Source of the DNA: a virus
IMG/VR virus record: IMGVR_UViG_3300025921_000002
Span: 1 to 64,000 of that record
Length of the DNA stretch: 64,000 bases
Reading direction: 5' to 3' (one strand)
Below are positions 47,921 to 57,585 of the stretch, in pieces. Below the pieces are notes generated by a model that was not told where the DNA came from, did no database searches, and saw nothing but the letters and a program-made list of their open reading frames with translations. Positions within the stretch are counted from its first letter, which is position 1, and every line of letters begins with the position of its first letter. The position numbers were made by a program, and so were the translations under genes.

Positions 47921-50900
47921 ATGAGAAAATGGTTACTGCTTTTTCTGCTTTTACCTTTAAAAATATTTGCCGCAACATGGTTCGTCAGTCCGACCGGGAA
48001 TGATGGCAATAGTGGCACAAGTTCCGGCTCGCCATTCCTCACGCTCGCAAGAGTTCAAACGGCCTACCATGCAGGCGATATTATAGAATTACAATGCAAT
48101 GGGACTTATATAGGTACTTTAACCATAAGCGCGGCATCACAAGTAATTAAATATGGGTCGGGGACTCAACCATTAATAAGTGGCTTTGAAACATTAAGTG
48201 GATGGGCAAGCGTTGGGACTAACCTTTGGCGTGTACACGACGCTAATTTAGGCGCTACTGTTAAGGTTTTCACTATAAACGGCACTCAATACGCACCGGG
48301 ACGTTTTCCTAAAGTCGGTTATTCAATTTACACGGCCTCAACTGCCAACACTTCAATAACAGCCGCAGGATTAGCCGGGACATGGGGAGCAAACGCACAG
48401 GTAGTTATTCGTAAGAACCATTTTAACATGACTACCTATCCTATCGTTTCGGTAGTTGGAAACGTAATAACTTATAGTGGTGGCAGTGGCGATGTCCCAA
48501 CACCGGGTTCAGGCGCTTTCATTCAAAATAGCTTAAATGCTTTAAGTCAAAACGGGGACTGGTATTATGATGGCGCAGGTAATATAACCCTTTATTGGGT
48601 AGGAACACCACCAGTAAACATTCAAGCGTCAAGATACGACAGGTTAATAAATATAACAAGCGGAAGCGGCGCTATTGTAAATGGGATTAACCTGACAGGT
48701 GCAAATGCCTATGCTATTTACGGCAACAACACTACATCGGCTCAAATAGTCAATTGTACCATTACTCAAAGTGACATTGGTGTTTATCTGAATAACAACA
48801 CCTCATCAATTATAAATGGCTGTATTTTCAACCAAATTAATGGAAATTCCATCACTTTAGCTACCTCAAACTCTAATACTATTAACAATACGACGGTAAC
48901 TACTTCAGGCATGATACCGGGGATTGCTACGGAATATTCGGGTATAAGAGTAATACCAAACACAGCAAGAAACACAATCATCACCAATAGCACAGTAAGT
49001 AACACGGGTTACAATGGATATTTTGTTCAAGGGCAAGTAACCATGCAAAATGATATAGGTCACGACTGCCTGAATTTACTTGATGATGGCGCGATTTATT
49101 ATTTTGACGTCGGCCAAACGGCTGTTACAATCCCCGCTTCTGTGGTTAGTAATTGCATAGGGTACAATGCAAATGGCGCACCCGTAGGAACAAACGATGG
49201 CAAGAATGAAGCAGTTGTCTTTTACGCAGACGATAACACCAATCACTTTACGTTCTCACATTGCGTAGGTTATAATGCGGGGCAGTACATTTTTTTCAGC
49301 CATAACAATCAAAATGTGACGTGGAGTAATTGCTTAGGATATAACGCAGGCATTTCCACAATGGCTATGATACACGACAGATTAGGTGGTAAGCTATCCA
49401 ACATTACTTTAGCAAACAACCAATTTATAAACACCATAGGGCAAATCCTGATACTGCGCTCAATTTGGACAGACTCAACTCCGGCAGACTTAACCAATTG
49501 GGGCGTTGCAACGAATAATGCGTACGGCAACAACGTAACCGTAGCCAACCCCTTTCAAACCCAACTATACAGCCAACCCGTACAAAACTTAACGTTCGCA
49601 GGTTGGAAAACAGCCACAGGGCAAGACGGTTCAAGTTCGTACCAAACTATTCCAAGCCCCTCGGCTTTGTACCCTAATCCCACAAGCACAAGTACCACTA
49701 CTACTCTTTCAGCAGTTTATAAAGACCTATTAGGTAACTCTTATAGTGGGGTGACAAGTATAGCCGCGTATAGTGCTTTGTATTTGTACTATTTTGGGGC
49801 TATCCCGCCCGTTGCACCTTCAATTTCGTATAGCCCAAATAATTATACGTTTTACGTTAATGACCCCATACCAAGCCCTATTACCCCGGTTAACGTTGGC
49901 GGAGCAATGACAAGTGCAGCGATTAACACTCCACAACCATCGGGCATTTTATTTAACACCACAACCGCAGTTTTTACAGGAACGCCACTTGCTTTAAGCC
50001 CCTCACATACTTATACCGTGAACGGAATTAACGCCGGAGGTTCAAGTTCAACACCAATCACGTTTGCTATTATCGACCACCCTCCAGTAGTATCTTACAA
50101 TAATAGCCCCCAAACAGCTACTATTAACGTTGCTATGACTCCGATGAGTCCTACACTTGTGAGTGGTGGGGCGGTTACAAATTATACTTCGGCTACGGCA
50201 CTTCCGGCAGGCGTTACTATAAATTCAGTTTCCGGTGTTATCAGTGGGGTGCCTACGGTTTTGATACCCCTGACCACATTCAATATAAATTGCTCGAACT
50301 CGGGGGGTGTGTATGTAGTTCCCATTCAACTCGGTGTTACCAATCCTGCCCCCGCTTTGCCTCACGTGACTTATAGTCCATCCACTGTTGTATTGCCTAT
50401 TAATATTTCAATGGTACCATTAGTGCCAACATCGACTGGTGGCGTAGTGGCAAGCTATTCAGCCGCTTCATTACCTGTGGGCGTTTCGCTGAATACAAGT
50501 ACCGGAGTTGTCAGCGGTACCCCTACTACTTTAACTTCGCCAACCGTATACCCAATCATTGCCCATAATGTAACAGGTGATTATACAACTAACATAACTT
50601 TGTCGGTAATCAACACGACCCCCAACCCTCCTGTGCCATCATATAACCCAGCTACGGTAGTTTTTCAGTTAGGACATATAATTACACCAATGGTTCCTTT
50701 CAATAGTTCTGACCCCGCTACAAGTTGGTCTATTGCGCCTGCTGTGAGTGCCGGATTATCCTTTAGTTTAACTACAGGAATTTTAACAGGAACCCCAAGT
50801 GCTTTATCACCTGTTACTTCTTATACGGTTCGGGCAGATAACACAGGCGGCCACAATAATACGACCATCACTTTATCAGTAGTCAATCCACCTCCTACGC

Positions 50901-50953
50901 CAGTTATACGTGTACGCACCTCGAAGCATCCAATATTTATCAATAGGCATTAA
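47921..50953 (+). CDS. Sec-signal protein with a right-handed beta-helix (pectate-lyase-like) and about four putative Ig repeats; depolymerase/adhesin-like
   Basis: MRKWLLLFLLLPLKIFA|ATWFVSPTGNDGNSGTS.GSPF.T; DDGAIY; repeated LP.G.S.N..TG..SGTPT. Confidence 0.85.
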   Translation: MRKWLLLFLLLPLKIFAATWFVSPTGNDGNSGTSSGSPFLTLARVQTAYHAGDIIELQCNGTYIGTLTISAASQVIKYGSGTQPLISGFETLSGWASVGTNLWRVHDANLGATVKVFTINGTQYAPGRFPKVGYSIYTASTANTSITAAGLAGTWGANAQVVIRKNHFNMTTYPIVSVVGNVITYSGGSGDVPTPGSGAFIQNSLNALSQNGDWYYDGAGNITLYWVGTPPVNIQASRYDRLINITSGSGAIVNGINLTGANAYAIYGNNTTSAQIVNCTITQSDIGVYLNNNTSSIINGCIFNQINGNSITLATSNSNTINNTTVTTSGMIPGIATEYSGIRVIPNTARNTIITNSTVSNTGYNGYFVQGQVTMQNDIGHDCLNLLDDGAIYYFDVGQTAVTIPASVVSNCIGYNANGAPVGTNDGKNEAVVFYADDNTNHFTFSHCVGYNAGQYIFFSHNNQNVTWSNCLGYNAGISTMAMIHDRLGGKLSNITLANNQFINTIGQILILRSIWTDSTPADLTNWGVATNNAYGNNVTVANPFQTQLYSQPVQNLTFAGWKTATGQDGSSSYQTIPSPSALYPNPTSTSTTTTLSAVYKDLLGNSYSGVTSIAAYSALYLYYFGAIPPVAPSISYSPNNYTFYVNDPIPSPITPVNVGGAMTSAAINTPQPSGILFNTTTAVFTGTPLALSPSHTYTVNGINAGGSSSTPITFAIIDHPPVVSYNNSPQTATINVAMTPMSPTLVSGGAVTNYTSATALPAGVTINSVSGVISGVPTVLIPLTTFNINCSNSGGVYVVPIQLGVTNPAPALPHVTYSPSTVVLPINISMVPLVPTSTGGVVASYSAASLPVGVSLNTSTGVVSGTPTTLTSPTVYPIIAHNVTGDYTTNITLSVINTTPNPPVPSYNPATVVFQLGHIITPMVPFNSSDPATSWSIAPAVSAGLSFSLTTGILTGTPSALSPVTSYTVRADNTGGHNNTTITLSVVNPPPTPVIRVRTSKHPIFINRH

Positions 50954-51108
50954 TAATTAAAAAGTCATACCCATTTTACTAATCTCACGCTATCAGGACA
51001 CTTGCTTTCGATTTTCTTGCACTTAGTACAGATATACAAAGGTCTATTCCCTGCTGTTTTAATCCAAGAATGACCTAATAATTTACAAGTCCAGTTCTTC
51101 ATGGTGGT

Positions 51109-51354
51109 TTATTTTGTTACTACTTTTACCATAGCCCCGCCTGCATCAATGGTTTCGGCTAATTTGTTGTCTTTATATAGCAGGTAGGTATTGCCGTTTT
51201 TTACGTATTTATCGCAGTAGTGGATGTAGCCTATGATGCCCATATAAAACGTCAACTCATATTTTCTATCCTTATTATTAATAACTTTTGACTGATTGCA
51301 GGAGTTTAAACATAGTGCAAAATAATAATAACTGCGACTGCACACGTTGCCCAT
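51109..51354 (-). CDS. Small possibly lipoprotein-like protein
   Basis: LNS-C motif near the N-terminus; start uncertain. Confidence 0.35.
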   Translation of the reverse strand: MGNVCSRSYYYFALCLNSCNQSKVINNKDRKYELTFYMGIIGYIHYCDKYVKNGNTYLLYKDNKLAETIDAGGAMVKVVTK

Positions 51355-51437
51355 AATTGCCAAACTTTTGTAAACGGGCAACCGACCATTAGCAAATAAC
51401 CTTCTTCTTCTATCATTTTGTTTCTACTGATTTAACT

Positions 51438-51767
51438 TTAAATGATTCCATTTCGTCTAACAATTCCGCATAGTTTGTTAACTTCATCGTTTTGGTTAAC
51501 CGAATGAGATTTATCAAATTCAGATTCATACAAACCGGGAATATCATAGGTGACGAATTTATTCAAATCCATTTTTAGCCACGAACATATTTTAAATAAG
51601 GTATCAACCTCGAATGTTTTTTTGGACAGTACCCGCGATAATGTAGGGGTTGATATGCCGATTTCCTTAGAGAAAAACCTAAGCCCTAATTTCTTATTAT
51701 TAGCGTAGTTAGCTAAAAACATCTTATCATTAATGGACTTAATGAAAAACCACTGATTAAATTTCAT
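51438..51767 (-). CDS. XRE HTH regulator
   Basis: LGLRFFSKEIGISTPTLSRV......VDTLFKICSWL; TATCTTTG 3 nt before the ATG. Confidence 0.8.
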   Translation of the reverse strand: MKFNQWFFIKSINDKMFLANYANNKKLGLRFFSKEIGISTPTLSRVLSKKTFEVDTLFKICSWLKMDLNKFVTYDIPGLYESEFDKSHSVNQNDEVNKLCGIVRRNGII

Positions 51768-51847
51768 AATCAAAGATACAGTTATCCAATATCAATTGCA
51801 ACTTTTTTATTAAATAAATATTTTTAACTTTACGCAACAATTCAGCT

Positions 51848-54800
51848 ATGCGTAAATACTTATTACTGCTTCTGTTCCTTTTCCCCCTAATCTGTTTTGC
51901 GCAAGCAATCACACAGCAGGTAAAATCTCCAGCATCAGGTAGTTCAGCGGGTAATTCCTTTTTCCAATGGTACTCCGGCAACTACACTGGCTATCTTGGT
52001 GTTCCTTTCGGTACTAATGCAGTAACCAACAGGGCAACTGACATGAACGGTCTGATATATGTTCAGCTTGCCGACAGTACATTGCAATTCCGCTACAATG
52101 GCACATGGATACCCATTGGAAGCGGTGGAGGTGCTACAAGTGCTATCTACTTTTCGACCCAATTTGCGGGGTTAGGCACAATAGTTTCGCCCATCATTCC
52201 GAATGCAGACTCAATATTATTAGCGAACCAAATTACCAAACAGAATGTTTATAGTTATTTCAGAAAAGTAAGAACAGATACCGCCTTTTTTGGTCAGACA
52301 AGCCCCTCCTTAATCACAGGTGGACTACAGGCCGGAGTACTATCCTTACCCACCGCTACAAGCGGAACTAAAGGCGGATTAGGTGTACAGCTACTCGCTC
52401 AACCCACAGGCAACACCTCAATAGGCTACAACTCTATTATTTCAAGCGTTGAAACAGACACTTTAGAGGGCAGAAACTTTACCAACTATATGAATGCGTT
52501 CACTGGCGCAGTCAAGCACAGAGGTACAGGAATAGTAACTAACGCGAGTGATTTTGTAGCCCAAAGCCCCTACATTTCAAGCGGCGGAACAATAGCTAAC
52601 CAGTCAGGTATCGTTATACAGCCTCAAAAAATAACAGGGGTAACTAACGGGTATAGTATTTTACAATTAGGTACAACCGATAAGAACATCTTTAACGGGC
52701 CGATACACGCCTTTAACGTCCCCGTAGATTCATCCCCTGACACAGTTTTAACCCTTGTAAACGGTAAGATTTCAAGAGCAGCTTATATAGGTGGTACAAG
52801 CGGTAATGCTATCATTTCAGGGCTTGCCATGAGCTTATTCATCAATGGAAGCGGGGATACCTCTATAGTTGTCAGCCCCGGAACATGGCGAATTAACAAC
52901 ACCATCTATTCTAAAGCTACTTCATCTTTTTTCCCTATTTTACCAAGACCGATAGCAGGTGAGTTCTTTTACGAAACAGCCTACGCCACTACTTCTAATA
53001 CGATTTCTATCATAGCCGGAACATCAAGCCCCACACCAATAGAACCTGCTATACCTGCTAATACCGTTAGGGTAGGTTCGGCTTTAGTGAGCAATACGGG
53101 GATAGTGATAACTCCGACTACGCAAAGTACAATATACAACAATAACGACAGTTTAACAAGCAATAGAACGGTTTTTTTTAGCAATCATTATTTACAAATG
53201 GGCGATACGCTAAATAATAAAGCTCTATTTATAATCCAACCTATTGGAAATTCAATAGCTATGCTGGATTATAATTTAACCTCCGCAGAAAATGGACAAA
53301 TTGGTATTAGTCAAAATGCATCATCTATTGTTTATCAAGACACTTTGGGCAATAATAGCCAAGCAATAACTACAACGTCATTCTCATCGATAGCGTCTCA
53401 ATCTCTGGGGCAGGAATTTTCACTTTCATTAAATGGCGGCGTATCGGTTTCCCATGATGCTATCTTTGCTGATAGCTATAATTTTAGAGGCATTGAATAT
53501 GACCATGCCACCCACTACACTCCTAACGACTATACCCTGTTAAGCAAATACATGGCTGATAGCCTTTATTCAGGTGGTGTTAACATTTACAATTCAGACG
53601 GTACGTTAACCGGGGCAAGAACAGTTTCCGGTGGTGGTAATACCCTTCAATTTAGTTTACCAATAGAAGATTTTTCAGGAACAGAAACTTCAAGTCTAAA
53701 TCTTAATGGCACATCCACAAGCTTAATAGCCAGTTATGGTACAGGGGACACTTATAATTTATCCTCAACTATATCGGGAACAAATACCTCATTAGTTATA
53801 AATAGGATAAATTCAGCAAATGTAACTGGCTTTGAAATAAATAACACAGGTACAGGGATTATTGTTAAAGACGAGATAGGGGCTATAGGCCTTGTAGCTA
53901 ACACTTCGATTGATACCGCCAATATGACATCCAATCCTAAAGCATACGTTACGAGTGAGTGGGTGGCGGGACGTAGTGTGGGTGCTTTCCTTCCCCTAAC
54001 TTTCCCAACAGATCAGCACATAGACGGGGCACATCATTCACTGGTTTTTGAAACATTTACATCCGATAACGTAAATGAAGGAGTTTTAGCCATTGATTCA
54101 AGTGGATTTTATTTAGGGGCTTATACCTCCGGTAATCAGGTCATTAGAACAGGCCATTATACCGCTACAGGGAGCGGTTTAGATGTTGTTAATGATTTAG
54201 GCACCGGATTTAAATATAGCAATGCCGCTGACTATGCGACTATAGGTACGACTGATACATTAGGCATGGCCCCTGTTGGATGGGTTCAGCGATACGTGGC
54301 AGCGCATGCAGGAACTGGAACTGTAACCTCTGTATCCGGAACAACCAATAGAATAACCTCTACAGGCGGAGCAACCCCTGTAATTGATATATCTTCAACA
54401 TTTGAGGCTCTTTTAGGTAAGGTTGCAAATCCCTTATCTCAATTCGCCTCAACCACATCTGCTCAATTGGCGGGGGTGTTGAGTGATGAAAGCGGAACCG
54501 GGGTAGTGGCTTATACCACCAATCCGGTATTTACAACACCGAATTTAGGGACGCCATCGGCTGTTACTTTAACTAATGGGATGGGGCTGCCTGCTACCGG
54601 GCTGACAGGGACGCTTCAAGTTGCTCAATTCCCGGCGCTAACCGGAGATGTTACAACGTCAGCTGGCTCGCTGGCAACAGCTATCGGCGCAGGGAAAGTA
54701 ACCAACACGATGCTTGCCGGGAGTATATCCGCTTCAAAATTGGTTGGGACGGATATAACAACGGTCGGCACATTAGCGGCTGGTTCGATACCCTATTCGC

Positions 54801-55651
54801 TATTGACCGGAACGCCAACAATACCTACCGGAGCCAATCCAACAGCAAGCGCAGGTTTATCGGCGGTAAATGGTTTAGCGGCTACATTTATGCGCAGCGA
54901 TGGGGCGCCCGCTATAGATCAAAGCATATCCCCCACATGGACAGGGTTTCATACATGGAGTAAATCCAATATCGGAACGGGAGTTGGAACAGCCTTAGCT
55001 AACGTACTCGGGCTATGGAAAAATCCGACAGCCGCATTGGTCGGAGCAGTTCAAAATTCGCCTTTTAGCGGGTGGGAGGCCCAAGATTGGAATACATCTG
55101 CCGGAGGTTCATCGCAGGCGGTCGATATTTTGGTGCGCGCAGAAGCTGTGCAGGGAACAAACGCAAGTGCCGATCTGGCATTCTATTTAGCCGTTAATGG
55201 TGGTAATCCCGCTGCTACTGGCGTTAAGATTGGTGGAACGGGGAGAATCACTGCTCCTGCCTATACGATCAGTAACGCACCATCAACATCTGCATCTACG
55301 TATGATATTTTAACACGCAATACCTCTACTGGAGTGCAAGAGAAAATAACGTCAGCCACACTTTTACCCGCAGCTTCGGTTTCATCCGCCGGAACTCTAA
55401 CGCTGGCTCATGGCATTGATTATGTATTTACAGGCACCACAGCAACCTATACATTGCCTGCCATATCGGCAACAACCACTGGCAGGGCATACCAGATAAC
55501 AATAAAAAACAGAGGCAGTGGTTTGTTGACGGTTAACTCGGCAGCGGGTGGTAATGATATTTATACGACATCAGCCGTATCTACTTTTACTATATCAGCA
55601 GGTAGTTCTGCTACGCTAATGCCGGATGGCACATATTTTAACCTTGAGTGA
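51848..55651 (+). CDS. Mosaic tail-fibre-like protein with a Sec signal peptide
   Basis: MRKYLLLLLFLFPLICFA|Q; fibre shaft motifs NIYNSDGTLTGARTV, GTGTVTSVSGTTNRITSTGG, SDE.GTG...F.TP.LGTPS and LTGDVT; C-terminal T.TLPA..GR.Y..IKN.G.G.LTV. Confidence 0.8.
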   Translation: MRKYLLLLLFLFPLICFAQAITQQVKSPASGSSAGNSFFQWYSGNYTGYLGVPFGTNAVTNRATDMNGLIYVQLADSTLQFRYNGTWIPIGSGGGATSAIYFSTQFAGLGTIVSPIIPNADSILLANQITKQNVYSYFRKVRTDTAFFGQTSPSLITGGLQAGVLSLPTATSGTKGGLGVQLLAQPTGNTSIGYNSIISSVETDTLEGRNFTNYMNAFTGAVKHRGTGIVTNASDFVAQSPYISSGGTIANQSGIVIQPQKITGVTNGYSILQLGTTDKNIFNGPIHAFNVPVDSSPDTVLTLVNGKISRAAYIGGTSGNAIISGLAMSLFINGSGDTSIVVSPGTWRINNTIYSKATSSFFPILPRPIAGEFFYETAYATTSNTISIIAGTSSPTPIEPAIPANTVRVGSALVSNTGIVITPTTQSTIYNNNDSLTSNRTVFFSNHYLQMGDTLNNKALFIIQPIGNSIAMLDYNLTSAENGQIGISQNASSIVYQDTLGNNSQAITTTSFSSIASQSLGQEFSLSLNGGVSVSHDAIFADSYNFRGIEYDHATHYTPNDYTLLSKYMADSLYSGGVNIYNSDGTLTGARTVSGGGNTLQFSLPIEDFSGTETSSLNLNGTSTSLIASYGTGDTYNLSSTISGTNTSLVINRINSANVTGFEINNTGTGIIVKDEIGAIGLVANTSIDTANMTSNPKAYVTSEWVAGRSVGAFLPLTFPTDQHIDGAHHSLVFETFTSDNVNEGVLAIDSSGFYLGAYTSGNQVIRTGHYTATGSGLDVVNDLGTGFKYSNAADYATIGTTDTLGMAPVGWVQRYVAAHAGTGTVTSVSGTTNRITSTGGATPVIDISSTFEALLGKVANPLSQFASTTSAQLAGVLSDESGTGVVAYTTNPVFTTPNLGTPSAVTLTNGMGLPATGLTGTLQVAQFPALTGDVTTSAGSLATAIGAGKVTNTMLAGSISASKLVGTDITTVGTLAAGSIPYSLLTGTPTIPTGANPTASAGLSAVNGLAATFMRSDGAPAIDQSISPTWTGFHTWSKSNIGTGVGTALANVLGLWKNPTAALVGAVQNSPFSGWEAQDWNTSAGGSSQAVDILVRAEAVQGTNASADLAFYLAVNGGNPAATGVKIGGTGRITAPAYTISNAPSTSASTYDILTRNTSTGVQEKITSATLLPAASVSSAGTLTLAHGIDYVFTGTTATYTLPAISATTTGRAYQITIKNRGSGLLTVNSAAGGNDIYTTSAVSTFTISAGSSATLMPDGTYFNLE

Positions 55652-55692
55652 GACACGCCTTTTCAAAATTATAGTTATTATATTTACAAGAC

Positions 55693-56142
55693 ATGCAACC
55701 GACCGAACAGGAACTTAAAACAGTCAGGATAACCGCAAGATTATTTTTCTCGGTTAGCGTTATATTTGCTGTCTGCCTTGCATTTGTTTTCGCCAAGTCA
55801 GCAGAATATAATCCAGCCGTAAAATACTTTACGTCGGCGGGGGCTATCAACCAGCCTGTACGGGTTTGGGATGGCATTATAACAGTCACAACTGGCACGG
55901 CGCAATCGGTTGATATATCAAGTGCCGGATTTACCTCTATCAATTCTGTAGTTGTTACACCAGCTAATAACACAGCATCAACAACATCGATGCCAATAGT
56001 TTCAATAAAATCGTACACGGCTACCTCGGTCGTTTTTAATACTTTGGTTAGCAACACTGCCGGAATCGGTATTTTGGTAGGGCTTATTGTCCCATCATCA
56101 ACCACTGGAATGCAGGTTCATGTGCACGTAGACGGATGGTAA
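55693..56142 (+). CDS. Signal/anchor helix plus a small beta-rich fibre-tip-like domain
   Basis: Hydrophobic residues ~17-34, then a Ser/Thr-rich domain ending VHVDGW. Confidence 0.6.
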   Translation: MQPTEQELKTVRITARLFFSVSVIFAVCLAFVFAKSAEYNPAVKYFTSAGAINQPVRVWDGIITVTTGTAQSVDISSAGFTSINSVVVTPANNTASTTSMPIVSIKSYTATSVVFNTLVSNTAGIGILVGLIVPSSTTGMQVHVHVDGW

Positions 56143-56160
56143 ATTTAAACTCAACACGAT

Positions 56161-56385
56161 ATGGAAACAGCAATTGATTACCTTAAAAGAATATATGACG
56201 AACAGCCTGACTTATTTGATGCTTTGGCCATAGCTACTATTAAACGTCATATAGGCATTGAGCCCCTAACAGGCGGATGCAATCCCGACAACTGCCACGG
56301 TACGGTTGGATGCAGCAAATCAACATCACATGGCGCCTGCTCATGTGTCGGAAATGTATGTACATGGGTTCCTGATTTGGGATGA
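56161..56385 (+). CDS. Peptide precursor-like ORF: 39-aa leader, Gly-Gly, 35-aa six-Cys core
   Basis: ...EPLTGG|CNPDNCHGTVGCSKSTSHGACSCVGNVCTWVPDLG. Confidence 0.65.
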   Translation: METAIDYLKRIYDEQPDLFDALAIATIKRHIGIEPLTGGCNPDNCHGTVGCSKSTSHGACSCVGNVCTWVPDLG

Positions 56386-56762
56386 AAGCCATTGTATTTA
56401 TAACATGCTGGACTATTTATCTTTTCGGGTTTGGTTTCTATATTTTTGCCGAAGTTTTTACAGATTGGCCTGTTTTTCAGGTTAGGTGCATTTTATGGTG
56501 TTCTTTAATGGAACTTTTTATCGCTATGGCTGTTTTAGAGAACATACCGAATAGATGGTTAGCCGATACATTTTTATATAAACAGTTTATTCTTATTGCG
56601 TGGTTTACTTTAATTGTTACAGCAGGATTTGTCATGCTGAACGGGAATGGATTAGTACAAAATCCCTACTTGAATTTAGGGTGTTTTTACTGCGCGAATT
56701 TGTTATTTAGTTTCATTATCTTAAGCACCGGAATTAAAAATGGAATTTTCAAAGAGCATTAG
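56382..56762 (+). CDS. Four-TM membrane protein
   Basis: Four hydrophobic segments; ATGA-coupled to the peptide gene. Confidence 0.8.
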   Translation: MKAIVFITCWTIYLFGFGFYIFAEVFTDWPVFQVRCILWCSLMELFIAMAVLENIPNRWLADTFLYKQFILIAWFTLIVTAGFVMLNGNGLVQNPYLNLGCFYCANLLFSFIILSTGIKNGIFKEH

Positions 56763-56763
56763 A

Positions 56764-57093
56764 ATGACACAACCCCAAACTTATAATCTCGACTGGATGG
56801 CCTTAGGGGAATGGGCAATATCAGTAGTCGGCATATTAATCGCTTTTTTCGGGTTTACAAACAAGTGGTTTAAAGATAGGGTTGATGCCCGTGAAAAATA
56901 CGCACAACAGCAAAAGCAGGAAAAGCAAGATTTTATTGAAAAGGTAGTTATTGCTACCGTATCTGCAACGCTTAACAGTACCCTCGGTGGCATAAAAGAA
57001 GATATTGCGACCCTATTTAAATATCGTGAAGATGACAGAACCCATAGTGACGGTCAATTCAGGGAATTGATGAAAGAGATAAGAAAGCCGTAA
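56764..57093 (+). CDS. Single-TM coiled-coil protein, holin-like (probable start 56764)
   Basis: N-terminal TM and a charged helical C-terminus. Confidence 0.55.
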   Translation: MTQPQTYNLDWMALGEWAISVVGILIAFFGFTNKWFKDRVDAREKYAQQQKQEKQDFIEKVVIATVSATLNSTLGGIKEDIATLFKYREDDRTHSDGQFRELMKEIRKP

Positions 57094-57102
57094 CTTTGCC
57101 GA

Positions 57103-57414
57103 ATGCTTGAAATATTCAAAGAATATGGTTTACCATTAGGGATATTAATTGTACTTGCCTATTGGTATGCTAAAAAAGATAAACAGCACCGCGAGGAACG
57201 TGAAATTTTGGAACGTACCCGAAAGGAAGAACGCGAAACCTTAGAAAAACTTCACCGCGATGAACGGGAAAGTGTGGAGCGGTCACACAAAGAAGAACGA
57301 GATACTCTTCGTAAGACCGTAGAGGGCATCGCAGATAATTCAAACAAAGCGTTTAACAACTCCACCCAAGCCTTAACAGAGTTATCTACTCTTGTTAAAT
57401 CTATGAAGAAATGA
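57103..57414 (+). CDS. BhlA/UviB-like single-TM holin-like protein with four 11-aa repeats
   Basis: EYGLPLGILIVLAYW, then a charged coiled coil. Confidence 0.55.
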   Translation: MLEIFKEYGLPLGILIVLAYWYAKKDKQHREEREILERTRKEERETLEKLHRDERESVERSHKEERDTLRKTVEGIADNSNKAFNNSTQALTELSTLVKSMKK

Positions 57415-57585
57415 CTACTTAAGTAAGGTCTTAACCCAATCCCTGAATAGTTGGTTAAAAGAACGCCCAAAGATGGCACGTATTGCTTCTTTATCCTTTT
57501 CAGGTATCAGAACTTCCATAGGTACGTAATCTGTTTTTTTACGGCCTGAATTAGGTCTTGCTCCACCTCTGCTTTTAGTAGTCAA
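57415..57585 (-). CDS. Small GGARPNSGRK-motif DNA-binding protein (TTG start; not in the ORF track)
   Basis: RGGARPNSGRKK..YVPMEVLIP; overlaps the upstream stop codon. Confidence 0.6.
   Translation of the reverse strand: MTTKSRGGARPNSGRKKTDYVPMEVLIPEKDKEAIRAIFGRSFNQLFRDWVKTLLK

Noticed and set aside
50880-50953. Type IX secretion C-terminal domain on the beta-helix protein
   Set aside because: The tail after the last Ig repeat is only ~20 aa and lacks the YPNP...G.Y...K pattern.
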